Origin: Octopus sinensis | Lineage: Eukaryota | Assembly (NCBI RefSeq): GCF_006345805.1 | Contig: NC_043005.1 | Location: forward strand, 61,938,001-62,002,000 | Reading direction: 5' to 3' | Length of the DNA: 64,000 bases | Shown here: piece after piece, positions 49,222 through 61,507 of the stretch | Position numbering within the stretch: the first letter of the stretch is position 1 | Layout of the letters: each line of letters opens with the position of its first letter | Position numbers and translations under genes: made by a program | Notes under the pieces: generated by a model | The model's input: the letters and a program-made list of their open reading frames with translations, nothing else | Told to the model about the DNA's origin: nothing | The model's database searches: none

Positions 49222-50488
49222 TTGAGATGGTATCAAAAAGTTCCCAGATGAGATGGCAACACACAGTTGTATCTGCTGTGAGAGCCTAACAGTGACATTC
49301 AGTGTGCCAAGTAATATCACTGTTTCTTTCGCATGTGAAATTTGTGTTTTTGCGATCATGTGATTGTTGTAGTCTGTGACTTTGTCATGGACAGGAAGTG
49401 GGAACAAAGAGTTGACATGAAATTTTGTGTTAAACTTGGGAAGTCTGCTATGGTGACATTGAGCATGCTTTGGCAAGCTCATGGCAATTGGGTCACACAC
49501 AACGTTTTGAGTGGTACAGGTGCTTCAAAAGTGGAATAACGTCTCTGGAAGATGATGAGCAATCTGCAAGATCTGCCATGAGCATCACCCCTGGAAATGT
49601 GGAGAAAATTCCTCAGCTTTTTCATGAGGATCATTGGAAGACAACCAATGACATGGCTGATGTTGTTGGTCTGTTGTATGGGTCCATACAGACAATTGTA
49701 ATGTCTGAATTGAACATGTGGTGTGTCTCTACTGAGTTTGTCTCCTACCTGCTGACCACTGAGCAGCAAGAACATCTTATCAAAGTCTGCTAAGATTTCT
49801 GCCAGCATGCTGCTGATGACCTGTTTTTCATGTCAAGGATCATCACCAGTGACAAGAGTTGGGTTTACGGGCATGACTCTGAGATGAAGCAGCAGTTGTC
49901 ACAATGGAAGAGCCCTTCATCTCCATGACCGAAGAAAGCATAACAGAGCATGCTGATCATTTTTTTCGACATCTGCAGTATTGTGCATCAAGGATTCACT
50001 CTGCGGGGCCAGACCATCGGTCAAAAGTTTTACTGCGGTGTTATGTTTTAAGCATTTGAGTAAAGACATTTGGTGAAGTGGGTGGATCTGTGGAGTGCAA
50101 AGAATTGGATTCTTCAAATGACAACGCACCTTTTCACCAAGCTCTCCTCACTCATGAGTCTCTCACCAAAAACAACATGGTATCACTTCTGCACTCACCC
50201 TATTGGCCAGATTTAGCACCTGTGAACTTCCATCTCTTCTCCAAGATGAAAAGACAGCTCAAAGGTTGCTGTTTTAACACCATTGTTGAGATCAAGATTA
50301 AATTGCAGAAGGTCCTCAACTGTCTTACAGAAAATGTCTTCCAGGCCTGGCTGGATTCCAAAAGTGGCAGGAATGCTGGGACCAGTGTATTGCTGTGCAA
50401 GGTAACTATTTCAAAGGAGATGTTAAACCTTATCTAAGTTAGTTTTTATTAAACATAACTAGTTTGAGGACTTTTTGATAGTACTTTG
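49222..50488 (+). mobile_element. Full-length but pseudogenised mariner (DD34D-type) transposon
   Basis: TA-flanked imperfect TIRs (..ATCAAAAAGT(T)CC). Fragments EQRVDMKFCVKLGKSA, WYRCFKSGITSLEDD, IITSDKSWVYGHD, DNAPFH and PYWPDLAPVNFHLFSKMKRQLKG. Confidence 0.93.
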
Positions 50489-50854
50489 TACATCTTATGT
50501 TGTATGTATGTATGTTTTTACATAGATACATTCATTTGTATGTATGTACATAGATATATTTGTAGGTATGTATGTGCACAGTGTAGCTAGAGTGTGTGCC
50601 GACTGGGGTGGCCCTTCAGTTGACCATCCCCGGACCCCACAAAAAATGTTTCCTATAGCAATAGCCTACAACAGAATGAAAAGTGTTGCCCGAGGTGAAA
50701 CACCATACCTCACCCCACCCCACCTGCACTAGTGCATGTACATAGATACATATTTATGGATGAATGTACATAAATACATTTGTATTTACATACATACATA
50801 CATAGTAGCTAACATTTGTTTATACGTATGTACAATATATACATTGTACATATG

Positions 50855-51399
50855 TACAGTAATGTTTCGATATACAAGTTAATTTGTTCCCAGAGACCAC
50901 TCGTAGAGTGGAAAATCTCAAAGCAGAGCAATAATTTCCCGTAGTGGCAATGTTATAAATCATAATTCATTCCCAGGAAAATATTTTACCCATAAAGTTT
51001 ATAATACGCATAAATAAATGGCTGTAAAGCAACAGTAGAATGTAAAGAATATTTTATATAAAGTAAAAAGAACGTCAAGATCATTTATAATAAAAAATAT
51101 TGTTTTTTTAATCTCTTTCACTCGCACTAGACTCATGCACATCACTTGTAGACAGGATCACTGATTTGCAAGCACTCATAGATGAACTTGTAGATTTCTT
51201 TTTAAAAAACGTCTAGAATTGTTTGCTTAGAAATTTTTTTCAGTCTCTATAAATTTCTTGGTAACATGGAGAAGCATCTTTTATAGTAGTAGAAACTTTT
51301 GCATTTCATTCAAATTTTGGATCTTGTGCTTGAAAAATAAAAAGTAAAACTTGTAAACCTGGGGTCTGATAAAGTGGGTCTTCATAACGTATTACGGTA
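50855..51399. mobile_element. Possible old pogo/Tigger-like MITE
   Basis: TA|CAGTAATG.TTCGATATACAAG start and ATTACGG|TA end; degraded. Confidence 0.4.
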
Positions 51400-51479
51400 T
51401 TTGTTTGCAGATTCACTCTGTGTTGCTACTGGTAGTTTATTTTATGCATTCATTCCATTTCATCCGTAAATGTGTGTGT

Positions 51480-52420
51480 TGATAGTGCTTCTGGACTAGC
51501 TTGTAAGCCTGGTCTCGTGGGACAAAGGCTAACTTGTGAGGCTTATCCAGATCAGAATTCCTCTCCTATAGGAAGGAGCAGCCCTTTGGTACCGGTAGCT
51601 TTAGCTTTGGAGAGTAAGTGCTTCCTCTCATCAGCAACAGCAGCAGCTGTCCAAGAATTTGGACCTAGAGATTTCCATTTCCAGTGACTTTGAGGGCCAC
51701 CTCCCAGTGGTGTCGGGCGTCAACGAAGAGCTCTCGACTACAACAAGATGACCAAAGTTTTTTTTCTTTTTTGCCAAGGTCTGGGGTCTCCTGCCCCTAA
51801 GCCCTAGACCATCACCTGATCACCGTTACCTGTCTTGTTGCTTAACAACAACAACAGCAGCAGCAGCATTTCTCTTTCTTCTGTTTGGGCATCACTGTGA
51901 AGTGAACTTCATCATTTGTGTCAGTTTAGAACAAGCAACTCTCAGTAGTCAACCACAATGCTGAGGTCTTAGGGGTTTTAGGTTGTCATTGAACCCTTTG
52001 CTTTCCAACAGCACAGAATTCACCATAGAGGTGCTGCTTTTAGGATGCAATGGTTGGGCATGCAACTGTTCCATTTCATTTCAAACTTCTGCAAAGGAAA
52101 GGTGAACAAGCTTAAGATTTTAGCTTGTTGAATCATGTAAGCATCTTAGATACTGTCCTGCTTAGTTGATGTGAAAATGGTTGAGATGCCTAAGACGTGT
52201 GTCATAAACCATCCAGGAGTCAGTCACAATAGTTGTGAGAACAACTGCATGGTAGCCCTTCAACTTAAAAGTGAAGCTGATTCCCCTGTACTCTTACACA
52301 TTCTCCTGCAGTCTGCTGAAAGCAGCACTGGCTTTGAAGATACAGTAGGGTCTCTCTCTATGTATGAATATAATCTGTATTCAGGGGCCCCGTTCATTAC
52401 TTGAGTAATTGAAATACATG
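51480..52420 (-). mobile_element. RTE (BovB-like) LINE C-terminal relic
   Basis: KASAAFSRLQENV*EYRGISFTFKLKGYHAVVLTT..SWMVYDTRLRHLNHFH, then MPNHCI..LYGEF and a GEEF..I.LTS zinc-finger-like end. Confidence 0.8.
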
Positions 52421-53721
52421 TAAGGGTAATCTGTTCCAAGCCATACCCAAACTTCGCATAAAAGTATGAAATTGTTTTATTTGGTCATCTGTCAATAACA
52501 GCTTCATAAATGTAATTCGTGTGTGTGTGTGTGTGTTCCCTTTGTCCTTCTGTTAATCTGTAATTGTGCTTTTTAGCAAAAAATATAAGAAATATTATTT
52601 TCTAGATAAAATCTGAAATTTTTCAAGCTTCATGAAATACAAACATGGATTTTAATGAGCCACTTGCACACACTCGACCTGTCACTTGTACTATTTTCTA
52701 TATAAAATATGAAATTTTGCAAGCTGCATGAAATACAAACGGGGATTTTAATGAACCACGTGTGTACACTCTCCCAGCCACTTATATGCATTCATAGTCT
52801 ACTTGAATTTTGTTCTTCAAATTTCTGCTCATTCACTGAATACAATATACATGAGAAAATGCTCGACGTGTTAGAAGTAGCAACCAAATCTACATTAATG
52901 TGCACCTCTACCACCATAAATGTGAAAGAACAATGTCGTTCTAGATATATTAAATGACAGGATGATCTCAGTTGGGTGTTTCCGATCATAATTAATGTTT
53001 GATCAGGGCTGACCTTCAGTTAAACAATAACATAAACCTAAAATATTTTTGTTCCTTTTCATTATTTTTGATGTTCAGATTTGCATATTTTAACGTAAAG
53101 AGTGTAGTGTTTTGCAATGTCAGTGTCAATACCTCTTGAAGTGCAGTTGGGCTTTTAAAGGAGCAGCACCTCAGTATCATGATCAGAAAAAGGAAAGCAG
53201 TTGAAAGATAGAGATGAGCATCCAAACTCTTGAATCATTTGGTAATGCTGCCTGTGCAAAGAATACTGAAGAGAATGTAACGTTGATTAAACTTTCGAGC
53301 TTCTTCATTAGACTGTATATTAGTTGCAAAGATGGTAAGAATCTTAATGAAAGACCATTCTTCATTCATAATGTAGATTAACCCTAAATACATATTTATA
53401 TATGCAATATGTATATTGACATAGTTAGCTAGCTAATTACTTTGATTAATAGCTTGATGGACTAATGCATAAATTGATATATTGACTGATAGATAGGTAG
53501 ACAGATTGGTTAACATGCAGTTTACCATCATAAATAGTGAAAGTCAACTGTCCTAAAAATTGGAAGTAAATTATGATACAAAGCAGAAGTGATGACAGTA
53601 GCATACCAAAATTTCATAAAAAGAACTTAAAGAACTCTCTCCTTATGTGATGTCCACAAGTATCAACATGTATGGTACCTTCCAGTAATATGTTGAGCAT
53701 TTCAGAAGTAGCTGAGATATA

Positions 53722-54031
53722 CCATTCGAGCTTGGTCAATGCCAGTACTGCCTGACTGGCTCCCGTGCTGGTGGCACATAAACAGCACCATTCAAGCGTG
53801 GTCAGTGCCAGTACTGCCTGACTGGCCCTCGTGTCAGTGACATGTAAAAAGTACCAACTACACTCTTGGAGTGGTTGGTGTCAGGAAGAGTATCCAGCTG
53901 TAGAAACTTTGCCAGATCAGATTGAATCCTGGTGCAGCCTTCTGGCTTGCCAGCCCTCAGTCAAACTGTCCAGCCTGTGCTAACATGGAAAGCAGATGTT
54001 AAACGATGATGTCGATGATGGTGATGATGAT
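53722..54031 (+). mobile_element. RTE LINE 3' UTR and tail
   Basis: Same 3' UTR as 5850-6135, ending GTTAAACGATGATG. Confidence 0.85.
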
Positions 54032-56182
54032 ACCATTTCAAAGTACTATACTCAACAACAAGCACTACTGAAAAGACATTTCATTGGCTGACAATGTCAA
54101 AGCATGATCACCAACACAGTTACATGTGAGCAATGCAATAATTCTGCATGATTAATGAGCTGTAGAGAAAGAACTGATGTGAAGCAGTAGCATTATTCTT
54201 GTGAATTCTCTCAGACTATATTTTCCTTTTCTTGAGAAGAGGCATTTGCTTCTACCAATACTAATTCAACTGACAATGTACATGTGGGTAAGATAGTGTC
54301 ACATACATTGCTTACATCAAATTATGGGTTGTCACTGTTGCAACTTCTGGTTTCTATTGCAATTTACAATCTTTTTTTAGGACAATTTCACTTTTTTTAT
54401 GACGAAAATGGTTGTGTAAACTGTCAAATTGATGTAAAGATTTATGTTCCAACTCACATATATAAGGAATCTTGCATGTACACAAGGATGCATGCATATT
54501 TACCTTCTATAATATTTCAATTTTTAAAAAGCTATCCTTAATCATTTGTTGGTAAACTTAATTCAGAATTTATGAGTTACAATTACACTGCTATGTATAG
54601 AATTTAAGAACAGCAATAAACTTGTCAGTAAAATTCAACTGAATAGAGTTTCACATTACGATTGATAAAATTTAAAGGAAAAAATGTAAAGTAGTTAAGC
54701 GAGCACAGGTATGTACACATACAGGTATAGCATACACACATATATATTCACATTTGTTTGCCTATTAAAAAAATAGATACCAATGTTTACATTAGAACTT
54801 AAATGAAATTTTGTTTTGTTTTTTCTAAATATTACTATTGATAATTGTCAGGTAAAAATTCTATATTGAAATGCATGTTTATAAGGCAAGGTAGCTTCCT
54901 TTTGCAAGCATTCCTAAATAGCTTTTCTAATTTAATGTTTGTTTCCGTGTGCCAAAAAAAAAAAAAAGTAAAAGAGAATCCAAAAATTATAGATATAAAT
55001 AAAAGCAAACTGAATAAATCAAAACTGTTATAATATTGGAATTTAAAAAAAAATTTTTATCCTATTTGGTGTATCACGAAAGTTAGTGATATGTTTGGTT
55101 ATTTTCTCTGAAAAATCAAATCAAATACAATTGAATTAAAACAGAACTTTTTATCATCTTTCAAGCAACAGTGGTAACGAGTTTTAATGAACTTTTAGGC
55201 GCTCATTGCAAGGTGAGATGGACACCCCATTTAATAGTAACTATTTCTGAAATTTTATTTTGAAAATATAATTAAAGAAAACTAAAATGTACAGACAGAC
55301 TGTAAAAAGAATATATGTAAATTATTCCTGACAGTAATGTTTATTTAAGTGTGTGTGTGTGTCTGTCTGTTATTTATATACCATAAATATAGCCTCATAA
55401 CAGACAAATTACGTTACTGCACAGTTTCATGCTGAAAGACACTGCAAAAGTGGAGAGGTAAATTAACAATCATCAAAGAGAGAGCTTGTGATGCATATAT
55501 GTTTATTATAAATGGGGATAGGTTAACATTGAACATTATCAGATGAAGAACTCAATGCAAAATTATATAGTCAAATATGCATTTTTGTATATCATATGAA
55601 ACTGAGAGTTAGTTTTCACTATATGCCCATCCTTGTCAAACTGTAGTTTGAAAAATTCAACAAAGCAGTTGCAAATATCTTTTCAAAGATTAACAAAATT
55701 GTGCCTGTTTTGATAAATCTAATTTTGATAAATTTAGTTGCTGTCGCAGATTTGGACATTTTTTTTTTAATTATGTAAAAATTAAAAAATTTTATATATT
55801 GATGTAATTTTTCATGTTGAATCCAGTTTTGGAATTCATTTATGCCATAAAAAATTCAGAATAATGTTACTGAGATTCAAAGTTTGATCATTTTTACCCT
55901 ATCAGAAAACAGGAATCAGAAACTGGCATTTTCTGTGTGATAGAAAATTATTTTGTGTCACAAAATAATTTTCATCAAAACTTGTACTCAAGTAAGAGGG
56001 TGCACATTTATTTCTCTTTTGTATGCTATTGTGTGTGTATAGTTTATGCGTAAATGATCATTATATGTTCATTCCAGGGAATTCAAATAGAGGGAGAATA
56101 CCACTAATCAATTTGATCGGATTTTGAGTGATGCCATTATGCTATATTTTTCTTGAAAAGCTTCAGCATTTCTAGGATGCTA

Positions 56183-56394
56183 TACTCTTTACTCTTTTAC
56201 TCTTTTCAGTCATTTGACTGCGGCCATGCTAGAGCACCGCCTTTAGTCGAGCAAATCGACCCCGGGACTTATTCTTTGTAAGCCCAGTACTTATTCTATC
56301 GGTCTCTTTTGCCGAACCGCTAAGTGACGGGGACGTAAACACACCAGCATCGGTTGTCAAGCAATGCTAGGGGGACAAACACAGACACACACAG

Positions 56395-56425
<31 letters not shown>

Positions 56426-56638
56426 CATATATACGACAGGCTTCTTTCAGTTTCCGTCTACCAAATCCACTCACAAGGCTTTGGTCGGCCCGAGGCTATA
56501 GTAGGTGCCATGCAGAGGGACTGAACCATGCAGGGGCTATAGCAGAAGACACTTGCCCAAGATGCCACGCAGTGGGACTGAACCCGGAACCATGTGGTTG
56601 GTAAGCAAGCTACTTACCACACAGCCACTCCTGCGCCT
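56183..56638 (-). mobile_element. SINE family B, full length, young, with a short internal duplication
   Basis: Reverse complement of 48584-48990; the GGCTATAG...GGGACTGAACC segment occurs twice (56495-56585). Confidence 0.95.
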
Positions 56639-57070
56639 ATGCTAAATTTATTACATAAATCCAGTGAACCTATGGTAATAGGCATGTACGAGAACCTATA
56701 ACTGGGATATAGAGTTGTAAGACCTGCATTAGTTCACATATATGTCTTTTTTTTTTTTTTTCATAACTTCAGACCATTGGGCAGTTGATGTCCAAAATGC
56801 ATACTTTTTCTTCCCTGTCTCATAAAGAAATATTAGGTCTGTTATGTCTGCACCAGATACCTGTCTTTACTAGAATATTCCATGAGCATTCTTTATTTTG
56901 AAAGGTATGGATATATTCTAGTGCTAGCATTCTTTATTTGTATGTCTGTCAGGACAATCCTTCTTGCACACAACATAATAAATAGTTTTGAAATGTCATG
57001 CCTCATAGAAAGGTAGTAACTTTGTGGATGTTTCTAGGCAGCTGCTGCTGATGTGTGTTATATGTATGTA

Positions 57071-57104
<34 letters not shown>

Positions 57105-57732
57105 ATAACCCCCTGTCACTTCCTTTGTCCACAGCCCTGGTTATTTTCTTTTGCTCTTTTTCACTTATCTCAGGACTATATTATCTAATGTGTCCTTTGC
57201 CTTTTTAAGATCTAGGAGTATAGAACTGTGTGTGTCATTCTCACAGACACACACATATATGACACATGGATGCAGTAACATACAGAGATATAAACACACA
57301 TGCATTTGCAGGTACGTACACAGACAGATACACACATGTGAACTTTTAAGCTTATTCCTTCTCACTAAAGGTTGTGATTATATTAACACTTTCTGTATAC
57401 ATACAAATATCTACATCTGTCTGTCAATGTATATGTAGATAGATAGGTAGATGTACAGGTAGGAATCACAAGGTAAAAAGAAATAAGACAAATAGAAGGT
57501 TAGCTACAGATATACAGTTATACAGATAAATTGAGAAAGGAAGAGAGATTGTGAGAATGACAGAGACATTGAGACTAAATAAATAAATAAATAAAAGAAA
57601 GAAATAAATCAAAAACTATGTAAAGGTAGAAACAAGATAAATAGGTATGTATAGATATCTGTATTTCTGATTGTATAGCTAAACCAGAAGTTGTTAGCAG
57701 CAACGCAAGGGGATTCACTGCACTTGACAACA

Positions 57733-58115
57733 ATGTGGTATTAAGTTTGCTTCCCAAAACATGGTTCCAGGTTCAGTCCCACTATATGACACCTTGGGCA
57801 ACTGTCTCCTACTATAGCCTAAGGCTGACCAAAACCTTGTGAGTGGATTTGGTAGATGGAAACTGAAAGAAGCACATTGTGTGTGTGTGTGTGTGTATAT
57901 ATGTATGTATGTATTTGCGGGTCTGTGTTTGTCTCCACACCATTGCTTGACAACCGATGTTGGTGTGGTTACATCCCCATAACTTAGTGGTTTGGCAAAA
58001 GAGACTGATAGAATAAGTACAAAGCTTACAAGTCCTGGGGTCGATTTGTTTGAGTAAAGGTGGTGCTCCGGCATGGCTGCAGTCAATTGTCTGAAACAAG
58101 TGAAATAATAAAAGA
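57733..58115 (+). mobile_element. SINE family B, CpG-decayed
   Basis: ATGGTTCCAGGTTCAGTCCCACT...CCTTGTGAGTGGATTTGGTAGATGGAAACTGAAAGAAG...GGCTGCAGTCAA. Confidence 0.9.
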
Positions 58116-58145
58116 ACACACGTGTGTGTATCTATCTGTCTATAT

Positions 58146-58402
58146 ATCATCATCATCGTTTAATGTCCATTTTCCATGCTAGCATGGGTTGGACGATATA
58201 TATATATATATATGAACACTGGCCAACAAATTCTAACATTTTTCTGACATAGGTTTGAGACCTGTTTTTGGGTAATTAAAGGTCATTGAGTTTAAAAATG
58301 GCAATATTTTTTCTATTCTGTGAATTTATATATATAACAGTCAAATCGTCCAACCCATGCTAGCATGGAAAGCGGATGTTAAACGACGATGATGATGATG
58401 AT
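58146..58402. repeat. Inverted pair of RTE 3' tails around a short spacer
   Basis: ATCATCATCATCGTTTAATGTCCATTTTCCATGCTAGCATGGGTTGGACGAT ... ATCGTCCAACCCATGCTAGCATGGAAAGCGGATGTTAAACGACGATGATGATG. Confidence 0.8.
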
Positions 58403-58416
58403 ACATATATACATAC

Positions 58417-58733
58417 ATTCTTTCACTTGTTTGTCATTTGACTGCGGCCATGTTGGAGCACCACCTTTAGTCTAGCAAATCGACCCCAGGACTTATTCTT
58501 TGTAAGCCTAGTACTTATTCAATCGGTCTCTTTTGCCAAACTGCTAAGTTACGGGGATGTAAACATACCAGCACCAGTTGTCAAGCGATGTTGGGGGGGA
58601 CAAACACAGACACACAAACATATACACACTATATATATACATATATATGACAGGCTTCTTTCAGTTTCCATCTACCAAATCCACTTACAAGGCTTTGGTC
58701 GGCTTGAGTCTATAGTAGAAGACACTTGCCCAA
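58417..58733 (-). mobile_element. SINE family B, 5'-truncated
   Basis: GTCATTTGACTGCGGCCATG...GACACTTGCCCAAG. Confidence 0.9.
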
Positions 58734-58958
58734 GTATATATATATATATATGTTCATACAAGGGAATGTTCTTTATGTTGCCTGTCTCGTTTCTCTATTT
58801 GTTTCTTTCGTTGTTTGAAAAATGTTCGTTTTCCATGCTTTTGTTTATGTTCTCATTTCTCATTTTGATCATGTTTTTCTTGACATCCTGTATCCATATA
58901 TGCATTGATATATACATATATATGTAGGCATGTATATGTATGTGTGTATATAGGCATA

Positions 58959-60105
58959 TCTTTATATATATAAAACTGAGAATGTGTGTCTGTCTGTCTG
59001 TGTGTTTCCCTAAAACTTGAGAACTACACAACCAATTTCATTCAACTTTTACACAGGCCTTACTTAGGGTCCCGGGAGTGTCACTTAACTTTTTGCCTAG
59101 GGCGAGCCCATAGCAATATCATATCTTCTCCACTACGATTCCCTAAAACTTGAGAACTACACAACCAATTCCATTCAAATTTTACACATGCCTTACTTAG
59201 GGTCCATGTAGTTTCATGGGCAAAAAAAATGTTCAACTTCTTGCCTAGAGCGAGCCCATAGCAATATCATATTTTCTCCACTATTTCAGTATTACGTGTT
59301 AAAAGTGAAACAAAAACGTTTCTCTATTTTATGTCAGATATTTTCACTTTAACAATAAAAATAATAATAACAACTGAATTATATGTAGTAAGTAATAATT
59401 AAAATCAAACTAAAGTATAATATAATCGTAACATAACAAAAGTAAAAATAGCAATTGGTATAAAATTGCATCAATGACTTGAACTTGAATAAGTGGTTTT
59501 ACATGAATGGGAATAAATACAAAATAAAATTAGCGTGCAGAAATGGAATAGTCCAGATGGATAATAAAAAATTAAATTAAAGAAAAGACTATAGTCTATA
59601 AAGTATACAATGTAGAGAATTAAGATTTGAACACATGGAGGAAAGCACCTTTGAAAAGTGTCTTGGTGCGACTATGAAAGGTATCTAATCAGAGGCGGTA
59701 AATTTGCCACAATAGAAACAAGGTTCGAGTCAACGGAGCGTGCAAGGGAGTACTCGACTCAAACTTGCAAAGTGGAAATATCTTATTTTTACCTTATAGG
59801 ACGTCCCGGAAAAAAATTTAAAATGCTATCCGCCCCCCAAAAGTAGAGGTAGGCTGGATTGTAGCCACACTTCTATACATGAGGGAGGACTAGATACAAT
59901 TGATCGAAATTACAAGAGACGGGCTAACAATTCCAGTCTGTTATATATTTTGAGAATTGTTATCACTAGCGATATCATGATATAACTTTGTATTTTGTAT
60001 TTTATGTGTAGATGTATATATATAGATGTACATGTAATATGTACACACATATATACACATATATACATGCACTATGACCCGGCAACGACTGGTCTTTAAT
60101 GCTAG
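58959..60105 (+). mobile_element. Non-autonomous Helitron (~1.15 kb) with an internal ~130-bp tandem duplication
   Basis: A|TC 5' end (TCTTTATATATATAAAA, GTCT repeats); 3' hairpin GACCCGGCAACGACTGGTC, then CTAG|T; TTCCCTAAAACTTGAGAACTACACAACCAATT unit occurs twice. Confidence 0.8.
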
Positions 60106-60125
60106 TATATATATATTATTTAGAT

Positions 60126-60164
<39 letters not shown>

Positions 60165-60376
60165 TGGGAGAGAGAGAGAGATGTGTGTGTATTTTTCCCT
60201 TGTTTAAAATGTCTTATTGATGAGTTTTATTTCTTCATTTCCCTGAAGAGAAGATTACATTGTTTTACACTATTTTATTCCTTTGGAATAATACCAATGA
60301 TTTCTTCGAAACATGTGTTGGAAGTAAAAGAATTTGAATAACATCTGCGTTTAACTCCATTTATTTATACATACAT

Positions 60377-60424
<48 letters not shown>

Positions 60425-60570
60425 TGGTCTGCTTTCAGTTTCTATCTACGAAATCCACTAACAAGGCTTTAGTCTGCTTGTGGCTATAATAGAAGTCACT
60501 TGCCCAAGTTGGCATGCAACTGAACATGGAACCTTGTGGTTAGGAAGCAAGCTACTTTCCACACAACCAT
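60425..60570 (-). mobile_element. SINE family B, 5' part
   Basis: CTTTCAGTTTCTATCTACGAAATCCAC...GCAAGCTACTTTCCACAC. Confidence 0.75.
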
Positions 60571-60582
60571 GTGTAAATATAT

Positions 60583-61150
60583 ATCGTCGTCGTCATTTAA
60601 TGGCCATTCTCCATGCTCACATGGATGGCATGGTTTGACAGGAGTTGGCAACCCGGAGGGCTACAGCAGATATCGTTTGTCTGTTTTGGCATGATTTCTA
60701 TGACTGGATACCCTTTCTAATACCAACGATTTTACAGGGTGTACTAGGTCTCTTACGTTGCACTGGCATGGATGCTTTTATATGGTACTAGTATAGGTGC
60801 TCTCTGTGGCACTGGTACAGTTGCTTTTAATATGGCACAAGCACCAGTCCTTTTTCTGTGGCACCAATACTCAAGGATGTCTCATCTGAGAGAGGGAGAC
60901 AAACTGAGAGAAGTGATGGTGTGCTAGGTGAGAGGTTGGAATATGACAGGGTCAGGGACAGTTATCTTACTATGCAGGAGATACTTGGCTACCCCAGTAG
61001 GACAAAGAAGTGAAGAGAGAGAGGGAGAGAGAGCTGTCTTGCTACAGAGGAGATACTTGTCTACCCCTCCCTGTAGGACAAGGAAGCAGAGGAAGATGTG
61101 AGAGAGAGAGAGAGAAGGAAGAATGATACAGTATGAGTTAGAAAGAGAAA
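60583..61150 (-). mobile_element. RTE-type LINE 3' end relic
   Basis: TCGTCGTCGTCATTTAAT..CCAT..TCCATGC tail, GGATACCCTTTCTAATACCAAC, and repeated GTGGCAC(T/C)(G/A) units. Confidence 0.7.
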
Positions 61151-61272
61151 GAGCTTACCCATGGGGAACAGTGGTGGTGGAAGTATAAGTAACACAGAGG
61201 GGATGGAGGAGATGTACCATAAGAGTGTGAGGGGAGATAGTTAGATAGCAAGTGATGTTTAGAGGTGGTATA

Positions 61273-61507
61273 GGCGAGCTGGCAGAAACGTTAGCATGCT
61301 GGGTGAAATGCTTAGCGGTATTTCGTCTGTCTCTACATTCTGAGTTCAAAATTCGCTGAGGTCAACTTTGCCTTTCATCCCTTCGGGGTCGATTAAATAA
61401 GTAACAATTTTACGCACTAGGGTCGATATAATTGACTTAATCCGTTTGTCTGTCCTTGTTTGTTCCCTCTGTGTTTAGCCCCTTGTGGGTAGTAAAGAAA
61501 TAGGTAT
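61273..61507 (+). mobile_element. SINE family A, full length
   Basis: GGCGAGCTGGCAGAAACGTTAGCA...GTGGGTAGTAAAGAAATAGGTAT. Confidence 0.92.

Noticed and set aside
53214-53335. Frame MSIQTLESFGNAACAKNTEEN...FFIRLY followed by a GTAAGA donor, echoing the myosin motif LESFGNAKT..NSSRFGKFIRL
   Set aside because: The NSSRFGK core is absent and the spacing is wrong. There is an in-frame stop just upstream with no good acceptor. The opposite strand fits an L1-type endonuclease scrap (SRLD.., FPFSDHD) about equally weakly.
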